Assembly: GCA_963760795.1 (NCBI GenBank) | Contig: CAVXEP010000030.1 | Span: forward strand, 178,819-242,818 | Reading direction: 5' to 3' | DNA: 64,000 bases | DNA from: an uncultured delta proteobacterium | GTDB lineage: Bacteria > Desulfobacterota > Binatia > UBA9968 | Shown: one piece after another, positions 44,522 through 53,881 of the stretch | How the letters are laid out: each line of letters starts with the position of its first letter | Numbering within the stretch: the stretch's first letter is position 1 | Made by a program: the position numbers and the translations under genes | Notes under the pieces: generated by a model | The model's database searches: none | What the model saw: only the letters and a program-made list of their open reading frames with translations | Told to the model about the DNA's origin: nothing

Positions 44522-45852
44522 ATGGCTATGAAACTCCGGTTCACACGCTCATGGTTCGCGGTGTATTTTGTGTTGATTTTTGGCTGTAGTTCGGATCTGC
44601 AAGCGCCCTCTCCAACGCAGGGCGCCAAATCGCTAAACTTCGGCGCCGAGCGGCGTCTCGGCAATGGCGAGAAAAATCCCTCCACGCCGTTTTTACGCTT
44701 CAGCCCAGATGGTCGGCTGTTCGCAGTCTGGACTGAAGACCACGACACCCCATGGCCGCAGGGCAGCCATGCCGGCGGCCACCAACAGATGAGTGGCGAC
44801 CGCGCCCCTTCGCCCATGCGCAACGCGCTGATCGCGTGGTCGAAGGACGGCGGTGAGTCGTGGTCGGCGCCGATGCGCTTGAACCACACTGTCGAAGCCG
44901 TCCAAGGCGAAGAAAACGGGCCGAAGGTCGCCTTCACGCCGGATAATAAAGCTTTCGTGGTCTGGTCGATTCCCGGCGTAAAAGGCGACAAGACCCGCGC
45001 CAACATTCGCTTTGCAATGGAAGACGGCAAAGGCGGCTTCACACTGGCGCGCACGTTGAACGAAGCGCACGACGCTGGCCGCTTCCCGATCATCGAAACC
45101 ACACCCGACGGGAATTTGTTGATCGCCTGGATCGACCGCCGTATCGATGGTCCGAAGCCGCGGCAATTGTATCTCATGAAGATCGATTCGCGCGGCCAAG
45201 CGCTAACGAAGAATTATCAAGTCGGCGAAGGGCTGTGTGAATGTTGCAAGTTAGGCATCAACTTCGCCGACGGCGGCAAGACGGTGTATATGGTCGATCG
45301 CGAAGTCGACGCCAACAAGATTCGCAACCATGTCTTGCGCAAGTCCATTGACGGCGGCGCTACCTTTGGCGCGCCGGTAGAAATCAGCAACGACGGCTGG
45401 CAAGTTCCCTCTTGCCCGCACTCCGGCCCAAGCATCGGTAGAGACCGGCGCGGCCATCTGCACGTCAGCTGGTTCACCCAGGGCCGCTCTGAACAAGAGG
45501 CCGGCGTTTACTACAGCGTGTCGACAGATGGCGGCAAAAGCTTCGCGCCGCGCACCCTGATCCACCGCAACACCGCGCCTGAAACACTCTACAATAATCT
45601 CGTGGTTGGCGATGACGACACGATCTATTTCGCCTGGAGTAATCTTGACGCCAATAACCAGGCGCAGATTTATCTGCGCACGCTTGCTGCGGACCGCCGG
45701 ATCTGGAGTCCGATTCAGCAAATCAGCAACAGCAAGGGCAACGCCAGCCGCGCGACACTGGCGCTTGAATTCAATCAGCTGCATCTCGCATGGACGGAAA
45801 TCGACGGCGAATACTCACGAGTGGTTTTTCGCAGCGCGAGGTGGGACAATGA
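44522..45852 (+). CDS. BNR/Asp-box sialidase-like beta-propeller lipoprotein (probable -1 error near 45838)
   Basis: Lipobox IFGC; Asp boxes SKDGGESW, SIDGGATF, STDGGKSF; CECC and CPHSGP motifs. As given, the ORF overlaps the next gene by ~100 nt; adding one base gives GTG GGA CAA TGA overlapping the next ATG. Confidence 0.8.
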
Positions 45853-46418
45853 AGAAGTCACGACGCAAGCAAGTACTGACTCACGGACGGCTGCGCGCAT
45901 TCGGCCTACTGACCGCGAGCGGTATTTTAGCACTCGCCGTACAGGCAACTAGCGTTTGGGCGCAGCATGTCCATCCGGCACCGCCAAGCACGGCGCCGGC
46001 GGTTGGCGCCGCCGCCGTGCCATTCGATCTGAAAACCCTCGACGGAAAGGCCGCGGGGTTAGAGACCTTTCGCGGCAAACCGCTGGTGATTAACTTCTTT
46101 GCCAGCTGGTGCGACCCCTGCCGCGACGAAATGCCGCTCATCAATGAACTGGCAGCGAAGAGTGTCGGCAATTATCAGGTGCTCGGCATCGCCGTCGAAG
46201 ACAGCCGCGCCGCGGTCAGCGAATACGCCAAAGAGGCCAAGTTGGTCTTTCCCATCGCCCTCGATCTGAACAGCACCGTAAAACGGGCCTATCGCATCTT
46301 CGGCCCGCCGGCGACATTTTTTATTGACAGCCAAGGCATCATCCGCGATGTCGTCATAGGGCCGATCACATCGGAGCGCGTCAAGGAGGCGGTCAAGAAG
46401 GTTGGCATTCAGCGCTGA
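45849..46418 (+). CDS. TlpA/ResA-family thiol-disulfide oxidoreductase
   Basis: INFFASWCDPCRDEMP, PATFFID; mature N-terminus QHVH. Confidence 0.9.
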   Translation: MKKSRRKQVLTHGRLRAFGLLTASGILALAVQATSVWAQHVHPAPPSTAPAVGAAAVPFDLKTLDGKAAGLETFRGKPLVINFFASWCDPCRDEMPLINELAAKSVGNYQVLGIAVEDSRAAVSEYAKEAKLVFPIALDLNSTVKRAYRIFGPPATFFIDSQGIIRDVVIGPITSERVKEAVKKVGIQR

Positions 46419-46478
46419 ATGCGGTTCTATTCATCAAACGGCGGAACGATGGAAATCCCGCTGCTCGATTGATTAGCG

Positions 46479-47360
46479 ATGCATCACGCCAAACTCATAT
46501 TCACTGCCTTATTGATCGCCGGATTGGCGATTGTCGCTTACTTTCTTATTCAGCAAACAAGCATCGAAGCGGACCGGCCTCAGGCAACCTTGGACGCATA
46601 TCTGCGCGCGACCTACGCGCGTAATTTCGCCGTGGCATACGACTATCTTTCCTCAGCGGACCGGCAGGTGCGCACACGGCAGAATTATGTCGATAGCCAA
46701 GGTGGCTACAGCGGCTTCACGCTCGAGGTGGCCCAACAACTCGCCGGCTTCATGAAAGTCTGGCTAATCGATCAGAAAGAAAGCGACGGACGGCTGGTCA
46801 TCAAGGTCGGTTACCGCGTTCCCGCGCCGGCGGAACTCAACGATTTGTTGTTGAATTGGGATCAGGATCGGCTGAATAGCCTTTCCATTGAGAAGCAACA
46901 AGAACTTCTGGCCGAACTCGACGCTCGCAATAAAGCCGGCAAGCTACTCAACATCGAGGGCCAAGAAACCATCGATCTCGTCGCAGGGCCCCAAGGCTGG
47001 AAGATCTTCCTCGACTGGGCGGCCGGCACGCGCGTGCTGTTGCAGAGCAAAGTATCCGACGGCAATAAACTGGAAGTGCGCTTCGCCGCGGCAGAAATAA
47101 TGGTCAAAAGCGACGAGCTGTTTCTGGTCAATGTCAAAATCAAGAATCCTAGCGCGCACGGTGTCACATTTACCGTTCGCCACTTGCTGGAGCCGCCGGC
47201 AATCGCCGACCATTTACAGCTTGTCGAATGCGGCTTGCTGACGCCGACGACCCTCGCTCCACAACAGGAAAAAGAATTTGCCATGGCGTACCTACTCGAG
47301 GCCACAGCGGGGAAGACGTATCGCGAGGTCAAATTAACTTACGAATTCAAGCTCCAATAG
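46479..47360 (+). CDS. Membrane-anchored protein with C-terminal Cox11/CtaG-like domain (paralog A)
   Basis: YLRATYARNF...WKIFLDWAAG...KIKN...HLLEP...LQLVECG...LAPQQEKEF...VKLTYEF. Confidence 0.7.
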   Translation: MHHAKLIFTALLIAGLAIVAYFLIQQTSIEADRPQATLDAYLRATYARNFAVAYDYLSSADRQVRTRQNYVDSQGGYSGFTLEVAQQLAGFMKVWLIDQKESDGRLVIKVGYRVPAPAELNDLLLNWDQDRLNSLSIEKQQELLAELDARNKAGKLLNIEGQETIDLVAGPQGWKIFLDWAAGTRVLLQSKVSDGNKLEVRFAAAEIMVKSDELFLVNVKIKNPSAHGVTFTVRHLLEPPAIADHLQLVECGLLTPTTLAPQQEKEFAMAYLLEATAGKTYREVKLTYEFKLQ

Positions 47361-47442
47361 GCCCGGCCGGGTCCGTACTGGCTACGGTAAATATTTTGTG
47401 GTTAATTGCTAGCAACGGTTCTTTGAAGAGGAGAAAGATTCC

Positions 47443-48030
47443 ATGAAGCGTCGAATGTTTAGCAAACCTTGCATCAGCTTGGGATTGCTCGTTCTATCGA
47501 CTTTCGCCGTCATCGCGCAGGACTCGCAATACGCCATCGCGGTTGCCCAAGACACCATCTTCGAAAACAAAAAGATCGTGCCCTTCGTGCCGACACCGCA
47601 AGAGGTCGTCGACAAGATGATCGAGCTCGCCGGTGTCAAAAAAGGCGATTTGGTCTACGATCTCGGTTCCGGCGACGGCCGCATCGTCGTCACCGCCGCG
47701 AAGAAAGGCGCCAAGGCTGTCGGCTTTGAGATCGACGGCGATCTTGTCAAACAGTCGCGCGACAACATTCGCAAGGCCGGCGTGCAGGAGCAGGCCGAGA
47801 TTCGCCAGCAAGACATTCTCACCGTCGATCTTTCCTCGGCGTCGGTAGTCACGATGTATTTGCTACCGGATGTTAATTTACAGTTGCGACCGAACCTTCT
47901 AAGCCAGCTCAAACCCGGCTCCCGGGTAGTCTCCCACGCCTTCGACATGGGCGATTGGAAGCCCGATCGCACTGAGCGAGTTGATGGCCGAACCTTGTAT
48001 CTCTGGACGATCCCGGCCAAGGGCCGGTGA
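47443..48030 (+). CDS. Class I SAM methyltransferase with N-terminal signal-like peptide
   Basis: VPFVPTP, YDLGSGDGRIV, VTMYLLP, LKPGSRVVSHAF. Confidence 0.88.
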   Translation: MKRRMFSKPCISLGLLVLSTFAVIAQDSQYAIAVAQDTIFENKKIVPFVPTPQEVVDKMIELAGVKKGDLVYDLGSGDGRIVVTAAKKGAKAVGFEIDGDLVKQSRDNIRKAGVQEQAEIRQQDILTVDLSSASVVTMYLLPDVNLQLRPNLLSQLKPGSRVVSHAFDMGDWKPDRTERVDGRTLYLWTIPAKGR

Positions 48031-48075
48031 CTTTTCTTCCCGATTACTGAATTCACGGTTTCGCTGCCCGGTTCC

Positions 48076-48993
48076 ATGAAGAGATTGCATCCGTCACCGC
48101 GCCGACTCCTGTCCTCTGCCATGTTCCTTGGCACCCTGGTGTCGATGGCATTGTTATCCGAGTTCGCCAAGGCGGATGAGCGCCAGGAAGTCTCTACGGT
48201 AGTCGAGAACTATGTGAAGGCGGTCTATGCCCGCGACTTTCGCGCCGCATACGAGCAAATTTCTGGCGCCGACCGACGTCTAAAGGATGTGCATAGTTAC
48301 AGCCGCGAGCGCGGTGAGTTTCGCGATTTTACCCTGGAAGCGGCGCGAGCCGTGGCGCAGAGCGTTGAAGTGAACCTGACAGAGCAGCGCATCGAACAAG
48401 ATCGCGCAGTGGTGAAAGTCAAAGCCAACGTGCCGGATGCACCAACCCTGAATCCATTGATGCTCGATTGGGAGAGCGAGCGGTTGGAAAGACTATCCGC
48501 CAGTGAACGGAAAACGCTGTTGGACACCATCCACCACCAACAGCGCGAGAAGAAAATCGCCATGGTCACCGGCGAGGAGACCTTCAACCTGGTCAAAGAG
48601 GCCGGTGGCTGGAAAGTATTTCTCGACTGGGCGGCCGGAATCAAGCTGACCTTTCAGTCGGCGATCCCGCCGTCAGCGCCGGTGGCAATCAAGATTGCCC
48701 AGAGCGAAGTAGCGTCCCGGCCCGGACAAGTTTTTCGCGTCTCGATGAAAATCACAAACACCGGTAAACAGATCATTTCGACCCGTATCGGCCATCTGAT
48801 CGAGCCGCCAGAGCTGCGCGACTATCTCGATCTGGTCGACTGTGGTTTCATCCTGCCGCTGCGCTTGCAACCCGGCAAGGAAGAAGAGTTCGTCACGACG
48901 TATCTATTGCGCGGCACGTTGCCCGACCAGGTGCGCCAGCTCAGCGTCACTTACGCAGTGAGCGTGTCACCGCTGGAATCTGCCAAACCATGA
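48076..48993 (+). CDS. Exported protein with C-terminal Cox11/CtaG-like domain (paralog B)
   Basis: YVKAVYARDF...WKVFLDWAAG...RPGQVF...ITN...HLIEP...LDLVDCG...LQPGKEEEF...LSVTY. Confidence 0.7.
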   Translation: MKRLHPSPRRLLSSAMFLGTLVSMALLSEFAKADERQEVSTVVENYVKAVYARDFRAAYEQISGADRRLKDVHSYSRERGEFRDFTLEAARAVAQSVEVNLTEQRIEQDRAVVKVKANVPDAPTLNPLMLDWESERLERLSASERKTLLDTIHHQQREKKIAMVTGEETFNLVKEAGGWKVFLDWAAGIKLTFQSAIPPSAPVAIKIAQSEVASRPGQVFRVSMKITNTGKQIISTRIGHLIEPPELRDYLDLVDCGFILPLRLQPGKEEEFVTTYLLRGTLPDQVRQLSVTYAVSVSPLESAKP

Positions 48994-49877
48994 AAATTGC
49001 CAGTCTACTTTGGTCCGCGGCCGCCGCGGTACTGCTGGTGCTACCGCCGTACTATTTACTCTCGGCGCCTAACAACGGCGGTCAGTCCGGCACGGTACGC
49101 ACCATCAAAAACTATCTCAAGAGCGCTTACGCCCACGATCACAAAAAAGCCTATCGGCTGATCTCCAATCGCGACCGGCAGATCAAGTCCGAGGATCTCT
49201 ATATCAAGGAGAAGGGACCGTTCAGCGGTTTCACCTTGACGGTGGCTGGAAAGCTCGCCGAGATGATCGAAGTGCGTCCGACTGGCGCAACGGAAAGCGG
49301 CGCGATAACCAAAGTCAAATTCGACATCAAACTGCCCGACGCTAGCAGTCTGTCGGCACTGTTACTCGATTGGGACCAAGACAAACTCAACGCCCTGCCG
49401 GAACCGAAACAAAAAGAGATTCTCGCCGCCATCGACAATCTGCGCCGCGCCGGCAAACTGAAATTCATCGAAGGTGAGGAAGAACTGACGCTGGTCAAGG
49501 AAAACGGCTTGTGGCGCGTCCTGTTCGACTGGGCCGCCGGTCTGCGCGTGCAATATGACGCCACCGTGCCCGAGAGTGAAGCCATCGAGGCCACGCCGCT
49601 CAACCACGAGACCAGCGTGCGCGCCAACGAGCTCTTCACCATCGCCTACCGCGTGCGCAACACTTCTCAAGAGACCGTCGCCACCCGCATCGTCCACCGC
49701 GTCGAGCCCCAAGAGCTGCGCCAGCATCTCGATCTGGTCGAGTGCGCGTTGCTCTTGCCGGTCAAACTGAAGCCTGGCGAAGACCGGGAGTTCTCGTCGA
49801 CCTACATGGTCCGCGGCGATCTGCCCGACGGGTCCAAACAGCTCAAAGTCACCTATGACTTTAAAATCGAAAAGTAA
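48990..49877 (+). CDS. Membrane-anchored protein with C-terminal Cox11/CtaG-like domain (paralog C)
   Basis: YLKSAYAHDH...WRVLFDWAAG...YRVRN...HRVEP...LDLVECA...LKPGEDREF...LKVTYDF. Confidence 0.7.
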   Translation: MKIASLLWSAAAAVLLVLPPYYLLSAPNNGGQSGTVRTIKNYLKSAYAHDHKKAYRLISNRDRQIKSEDLYIKEKGPFSGFTLTVAGKLAEMIEVRPTGATESGAITKVKFDIKLPDASSLSALLLDWDQDKLNALPEPKQKEILAAIDNLRRAGKLKFIEGEEELTLVKENGLWRVLFDWAAGLRVQYDATVPESEAIEATPLNHETSVRANELFTIAYRVRNTSQETVATRIVHRVEPQELRQHLDLVECALLLPVKLKPGEDREFSSTYMVRGDLPDGSKQLKVTYDFKIEK

Positions 49878-50475
49878 GCTCGGCTTGGGCCCAATACTGC
49901 TTGCGCTGGGCTTTTTGACGACCGAGGTTAGCGCGCATATCCCAATCCCGCCGAAGAAAGGCGAGATCGGCCGGCGCGAAACCAACGTCGCCGCGCCGAG
50001 CTTCACCCTGACGAATCAATCTGGTAAAAAGTCTAGATTCAATGCGACTAGCGGGAAAGTCGTCCTAGTCACCTTCGTCTACACCACCTGCCCGGATGTC
50101 TGCCCGCTGTTCAGCGCCCACTTTGCCGCCATCCAGCGCGCCCTCGCAGAAGAGAAACGCGAGAGCTACTTACTACTGAGCATCAGCACCGACCCCAAAC
50201 GCGACACGCCGGCCAAGCTGAAAGCCTACGCCGAAGCGTTCAAGGCTGATTTCAAGCATTGGCAGTTTCTCACCGGTTCGCCAAACGCTCTGGCGGAAGT
50301 CTGGAAAGCATTTGGCGTCAACGTCAAAGACCACGGCAATGGACAAATTCAGCACACCAATCTAACGACGCTGATCGACGCCAAGGGCGTTCGGCGCGTC
50401 GACTATTACGGCGACAAGTGGCTCGTCAAAGAAGTCCTGAAAGATATCAAATGGCTCGAATCGGAAAAATCCTAA
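49855..50475 (+). CDS. SCO family protein (2 of 3)
   Basis: YTTCPDVCP, STDPKRDTP, IQHT. Confidence 0.9.
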   Translation: MTLKSKSKLGLGPILLALGFLTTEVSAHIPIPPKKGEIGRRETNVAAPSFTLTNQSGKKSRFNATSGKVVLVTFVYTTCPDVCPLFSAHFAAIQRALAEEKRESYLLLSISTDPKRDTPAKLKAYAEAFKADFKHWQFLTGSPNALAEVWKAFGVNVKDHGNGQIQHTNLTTLIDAKGVRRVDYYGDKWLVKEVLKDIKWLESEKS

Positions 50476-51011
50476 GCGCATTGCTGCTGTTGGCTGGCTT
50501 ATCGAATCAGGCACAAGCTGCCGAACGTGAGCAAAGCATCCTGGAAGTCCGGATCAAAGACCACCGCGACGCCATCGGTGATTTCGACAAGCTCATTATC
50601 ACCATCGACAAAATCTCCGTCAGTCCAAAACCAGGCATGAAATTCTGGCAAACCGGCTGGAAAGACCTCGCCGTCACTTCAGAACCAGTCGATCTAACCA
50701 AGTACGTCGGCAAAAAAACCGCCCAAGTCTTCCGTGCGCCCATTGAAGCCGGCGCCTTCGACGCCTTTCATTTGAAAATAAAGAATACCGCCGGTGAGCT
50801 AAAGAAAACCCAACGCAAAGCGCCCGTCAAAAACACCATCGGTCGGTTCAAACTAGACTACGAAGTCCGTCCTAACACCGAGACTCTCCTAATCCTAGAC
50901 CTAGTCGTCTCCGACATGTCCGACCACCCCCCGCGCGGTTATGAATTGAGTTTGAAAGGCTACGAACTTTTCATGAATGGGAAGCTGATCGAGAGGATTC
51001 CACCGGGGTAA
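50451..51011 (+). CDS. Exported DUF4382-like protein
   Basis: Signal peptide, LEVRIKD...LIITIDKI...VDLTKY...LILDL; C-terminal MSDHPP. Confidence 0.55.
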   Translation: MARIGKILSALLLLAGLSNQAQAAEREQSILEVRIKDHRDAIGDFDKLIITIDKISVSPKPGMKFWQTGWKDLAVTSEPVDLTKYVGKKTAQVFRAPIEAGAFDAFHLKIKNTAGELKKTQRKAPVKNTIGRFKLDYEVRPNTETLLILDLVVSDMSDHPPRGYELSLKGYELFMNGKLIERIPPG

Positions 51012-51171
51012 GCGCGGTATTATCTCTCGTGCGGATGCGTTCTAGCTAGCCAACTCTAACAGTGAAAATAATTCATCGCCCGGATTGTAAGATCATCGCG
51101 ATTTCCGCTCGGTGCTCTACACAAATGCCGAATTAACCGATAAAATTCATTGTCGGTCATTGCCACTCCCT

Positions 51172-51819
51172 ATGAACGATCCGAAAACCCGTTTCTTCCT
51201 GCTCGGCGCCGCCGTCATCGTCATGGGTGTGATTCTCGGCACGATGCTGTGGCTGAAACTCGGACCGCCAACCCGGCTGTTGCTTGCGGATGGCACTGGC
51301 GATGACGGTTTGAAGGACTACGGGCCGGTTCCGGATTTCAAATTGACCGAGCGCGATGGCACCGATATGGATCTGGCTCAGCTGCGCGGCAAAATTTGGA
51401 TTGCCGATTTTATTTACACGACCTGCACCGATACCTGTCCTTTGCAGACGGCGGCGATGGCTGAGCTGCAGAAAGAGTTCGCGGCGAACACGGAAGTCCA
51501 ATTAGTTTCGGTCAGTGTCGACCCGGATCGGGACACGCCGCAAGTGCTGAGCGCCTACGCCGACAAACATGCAGCCGATCGGCGCCGCTGGTATTTTCTC
51601 ACCGGCCAGCGGGATCAGGTTATTAAGCTCGTCCGCGACGGCTTTCATCTGAGCGTCGCGGCGTTTCCCGATAGCGCCGAGCAAAGCGACATGATTCCGC
51701 ATAGCCCGCGCTTTGTGTTAATTGACCAACAAGCGCAGATCCGCGGCTACTACGACAGTCGCGCAATCGATGGGCTCGCGCGGCTTAGAAACGACATTAA
51801 AACTTTATTAAAAGGATGA
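51172..51819 (+). CDS. SCO family protein (3 of 3)
   Basis: N-terminal TM, FIYTTCTDTCP, SVDPDRDTP, IPHSPRF. Confidence 0.9.
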   Translation: MNDPKTRFFLLGAAVIVMGVILGTMLWLKLGPPTRLLLADGTGDDGLKDYGPVPDFKLTERDGTDMDLAQLRGKIWIADFIYTTCTDTCPLQTAAMAELQKEFAANTEVQLVSVSVDPDRDTPQVLSAYADKHAADRRRWYFLTGQRDQVIKLVRDGFHLSVAAFPDSAEQSDMIPHSPRFVLIDQQAQIRGYYDSRAIDGLARLRNDIKTLLKG

Positions 51820-51822
51820 TCG

Positions 51823-52695
51823 ATGGCTAGCGAAAAGAAAAAACCCAAAGCTAAACAACCGGCGAAAGCGCTCCTGCGCGATGGCCCCAACTGGCCGCTC
51901 TTTACCCTGGCGGCGTTGGGCATGATCTTATCCGCTTATCTCACCTACACCGCGTGGGCCGAGAAGCTCGTCGCATTTTGCGTCCAAGGCAGCGGCTGCG
52001 ATGTCGTATTGAACAGCCGCTGGTCGACGCTGTTCGGCATGCCGGTTTCTTTCTGGGGATTTTTAACCTACGGCCTGCTCGCCGCGGTGGCCTGGAACCG
52101 CTACGCGGATAACCAATGGCGCTGGGCATGGGTGATTTCGCTCTTCGGACTGCTTTTTAGTCTCTACCTGACGGCTATCGCATTCTTTGAACTCAAGGCG
52201 GCCTGCCCCTATTGCCTCACGTCCCTCGGGCTTATGGCGGTCATCTTTGTAATGACCACCTTGCAAAAGCCCAAAAATCTACCGAATTTTGCCTGGGGTC
52301 CGTGGTTGGGCAAGACTGTCGGCGTTGGCGCCGCGGTGATCGTCGCGCTGCATCTCTATTTCGCCGGCTACTGGGGCAGCGCTCCCGGCCCCGAAGATCC
52401 CTGGGTCAAAGGTCTGGCAGAGCACTTGACGAAAACCGAGGCCAAGTTTTATGGCGCTTCCTGGTGTCCGCACTGCCAAGAACAGAAAAAACTATTCGGC
52501 AGCTCGATCAATCGCATTCCCTACGTCGAGTGCAGTCCAGGCGGCTCACAGGGACCGCTTGCGGCAATTTGCAAAGAGAAGGATATCAAAAATTATCCGA
52601 CCTGGATCATTAACGGACAGCGTACCACCGGCGTCCAATCCTTGGATACGTTAGCGCAAATGAGCAAATATGTCGCCCAGGGAGGAAAACCATGA
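51823..52695 (+). CDS. VKOR-thioredoxin fusion disulfide-bond formation protein
   Basis: CVQGSGCDVVLNSRWS, CPYC, then YGASWCPHC...YVEC...C...YPTW. Confidence 0.92.
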   Translation: MASEKKKPKAKQPAKALLRDGPNWPLFTLAALGMILSAYLTYTAWAEKLVAFCVQGSGCDVVLNSRWSTLFGMPVSFWGFLTYGLLAAVAWNRYADNQWRWAWVISLFGLLFSLYLTAIAFFELKAACPYCLTSLGLMAVIFVMTTLQKPKNLPNFAWGPWLGKTVGVGAAVIVALHLYFAGYWGSAPGPEDPWVKGLAEHLTKTEAKFYGASWCPHCQEQKKLFGSSINRIPYVECSPGGSQGPLAAICKEKDIKNYPTWIINGQRTTGVQSLDTLAQMSKYVAQGGKP

Positions 52696-53171
52696 AACCA
52701 ACCGCATCGGTAATATTATTGTATGGTTGGTGCGCCCCGGTCGCGCTGGCTTTGATACTCCTGGTTGCCCCAGCGGCCAATGCCGATCCGTCGAAGTATC
52801 CCGAGTATGCCCAACAGACTCTGCCGGCCGATGTCACGCCGGAGTTTGTCGGCATCGATCAACTGGTTGCCGACATCAAAGCGGGCGCTAAACCGGTTCT
52901 TCTAGACGTCCGCACCAAAGAGGAGTTCGACGAGGTACATATCATAGGCGCCCAATCGGTCCCTTTGGGAGAATTTAAAGAATTCTTAAAAAGCATTCCG
53001 CGCGACCGGCCGGTGGTACTCTATTGAGCTTGCCCCCATCACCTGGCCAGTTTGGCCTATGGCATGCTCCACGAAAACGGCTATCGCAACATGAAAGTGC
53101 TCGATGAAGGCATCGTCGGCTGGTATCAAAAACGCTATCCCATGGAAGGAAGCAAGGTTCCGCGCTCTTAA
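52692..53171 (+). CDS. Exported rhodanese-domain protein, probable selenoprotein (UGA 53025-53027)
   Basis: LLDVRTKEEFDEVHIIGA...PVVLY-TGA-ACPHHLASLAYGMLHENGYRNMKVLDEGIVGW completes the rhodanese fold in frame to TAA 53169-53171. Confidence 0.85.
53028..53069 (+). promoter_or_regulatory. Candidate bacterial SECIS element
   Basis: GGCCA-GTT-TGGCC apical hairpin starting 17 nt after UGA with G first in the loop. It can be extended by CCAT/ATGG or GCTTGCC/GGCATGC. Confidence 0.55.
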
Positions 53172-53174
53172 TCT

Positions 53175-53867
53175 ATGTCTGGCACACCTGCCGTCGTCTT
53201 GCTGAGCGGCGGCGTCGATTCGGCGACCGCCGCGGCGCTCGCCCAACAAGCCGGCTTTGCGATTCATGCGCTCAGTTTCCGCTACGGCCAGCGTCACACT
53301 TGCGAGATCGACGCGGCGCGGCGCGTGGCGGATTTTTTGAATGCGAGTAGCCACTTGGTCATCGATTTCGACCTGCGGGTCATCGGCGGCTCGGCGCTCA
53401 CCGATCAAATCGAAGTGCCCAAAAGCCGCAGCGTAGCGGCAATCTCCCAGGGCATCCCGGTGACCTACGTGCCGGCGCGTAACACGATCTTTCTGTCCTT
53501 TGGTCTCGCCTTGGCGGAACGTATCGGCGCCAACGACATTTTCTTTGGCGCCAATCAGCTCGACTACAGCGGCTACCCCGACTGCCGTGAAGAATATATC
53601 CGCGCCTTTGAAGCCATGGCCAATCTCGCCACCAAGGCGGGCGTCGAGGGAGAAAGCCGGTTGAGAATCCACGCGCCGCTTTTGCACATGACAAAAGCCG
53701 CCATCATCACCAAAGGCATCGAGCTCGGCGTCGACTATGGTCTGACCTGGAGTTGCTACGACCCCAGCCAAGATGGCCGCGCTTGCGGCCAATGCGATAG
53801 CTGCCAGCTGCGCGTCAAAGGATTTAACCAAGCCGGCGCGGTCGACCCGATCGCCTACGTCGAGTAA
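53175..53867 (+). CDS. queC: 7-cyano-7-deazaguanine synthase
   Basis: [26 protein letters not shown]...CGQCDSC. Confidence 0.96.
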   Translation: MSGTPAVVLLSGGVDSATAAALAQQAGFAIHALSFRYGQRHTCEIDAARRVADFLNASSHLVIDFDLRVIGGSALTDQIEVPKSRSVAAISQGIPVTYVPARNTIFLSFGLALAERIGANDIFFGANQLDYSGYPDCREEYIRAFEAMANLATKAGVEGESRLRIHAPLLHMTKAAIITKGIELGVDYGLTWSCYDPSQDGRACGQCDSCQLRVKGFNQAGAVDPIAYVE

Positions 53868-53881
53868 ACTATTTGTTGAAC

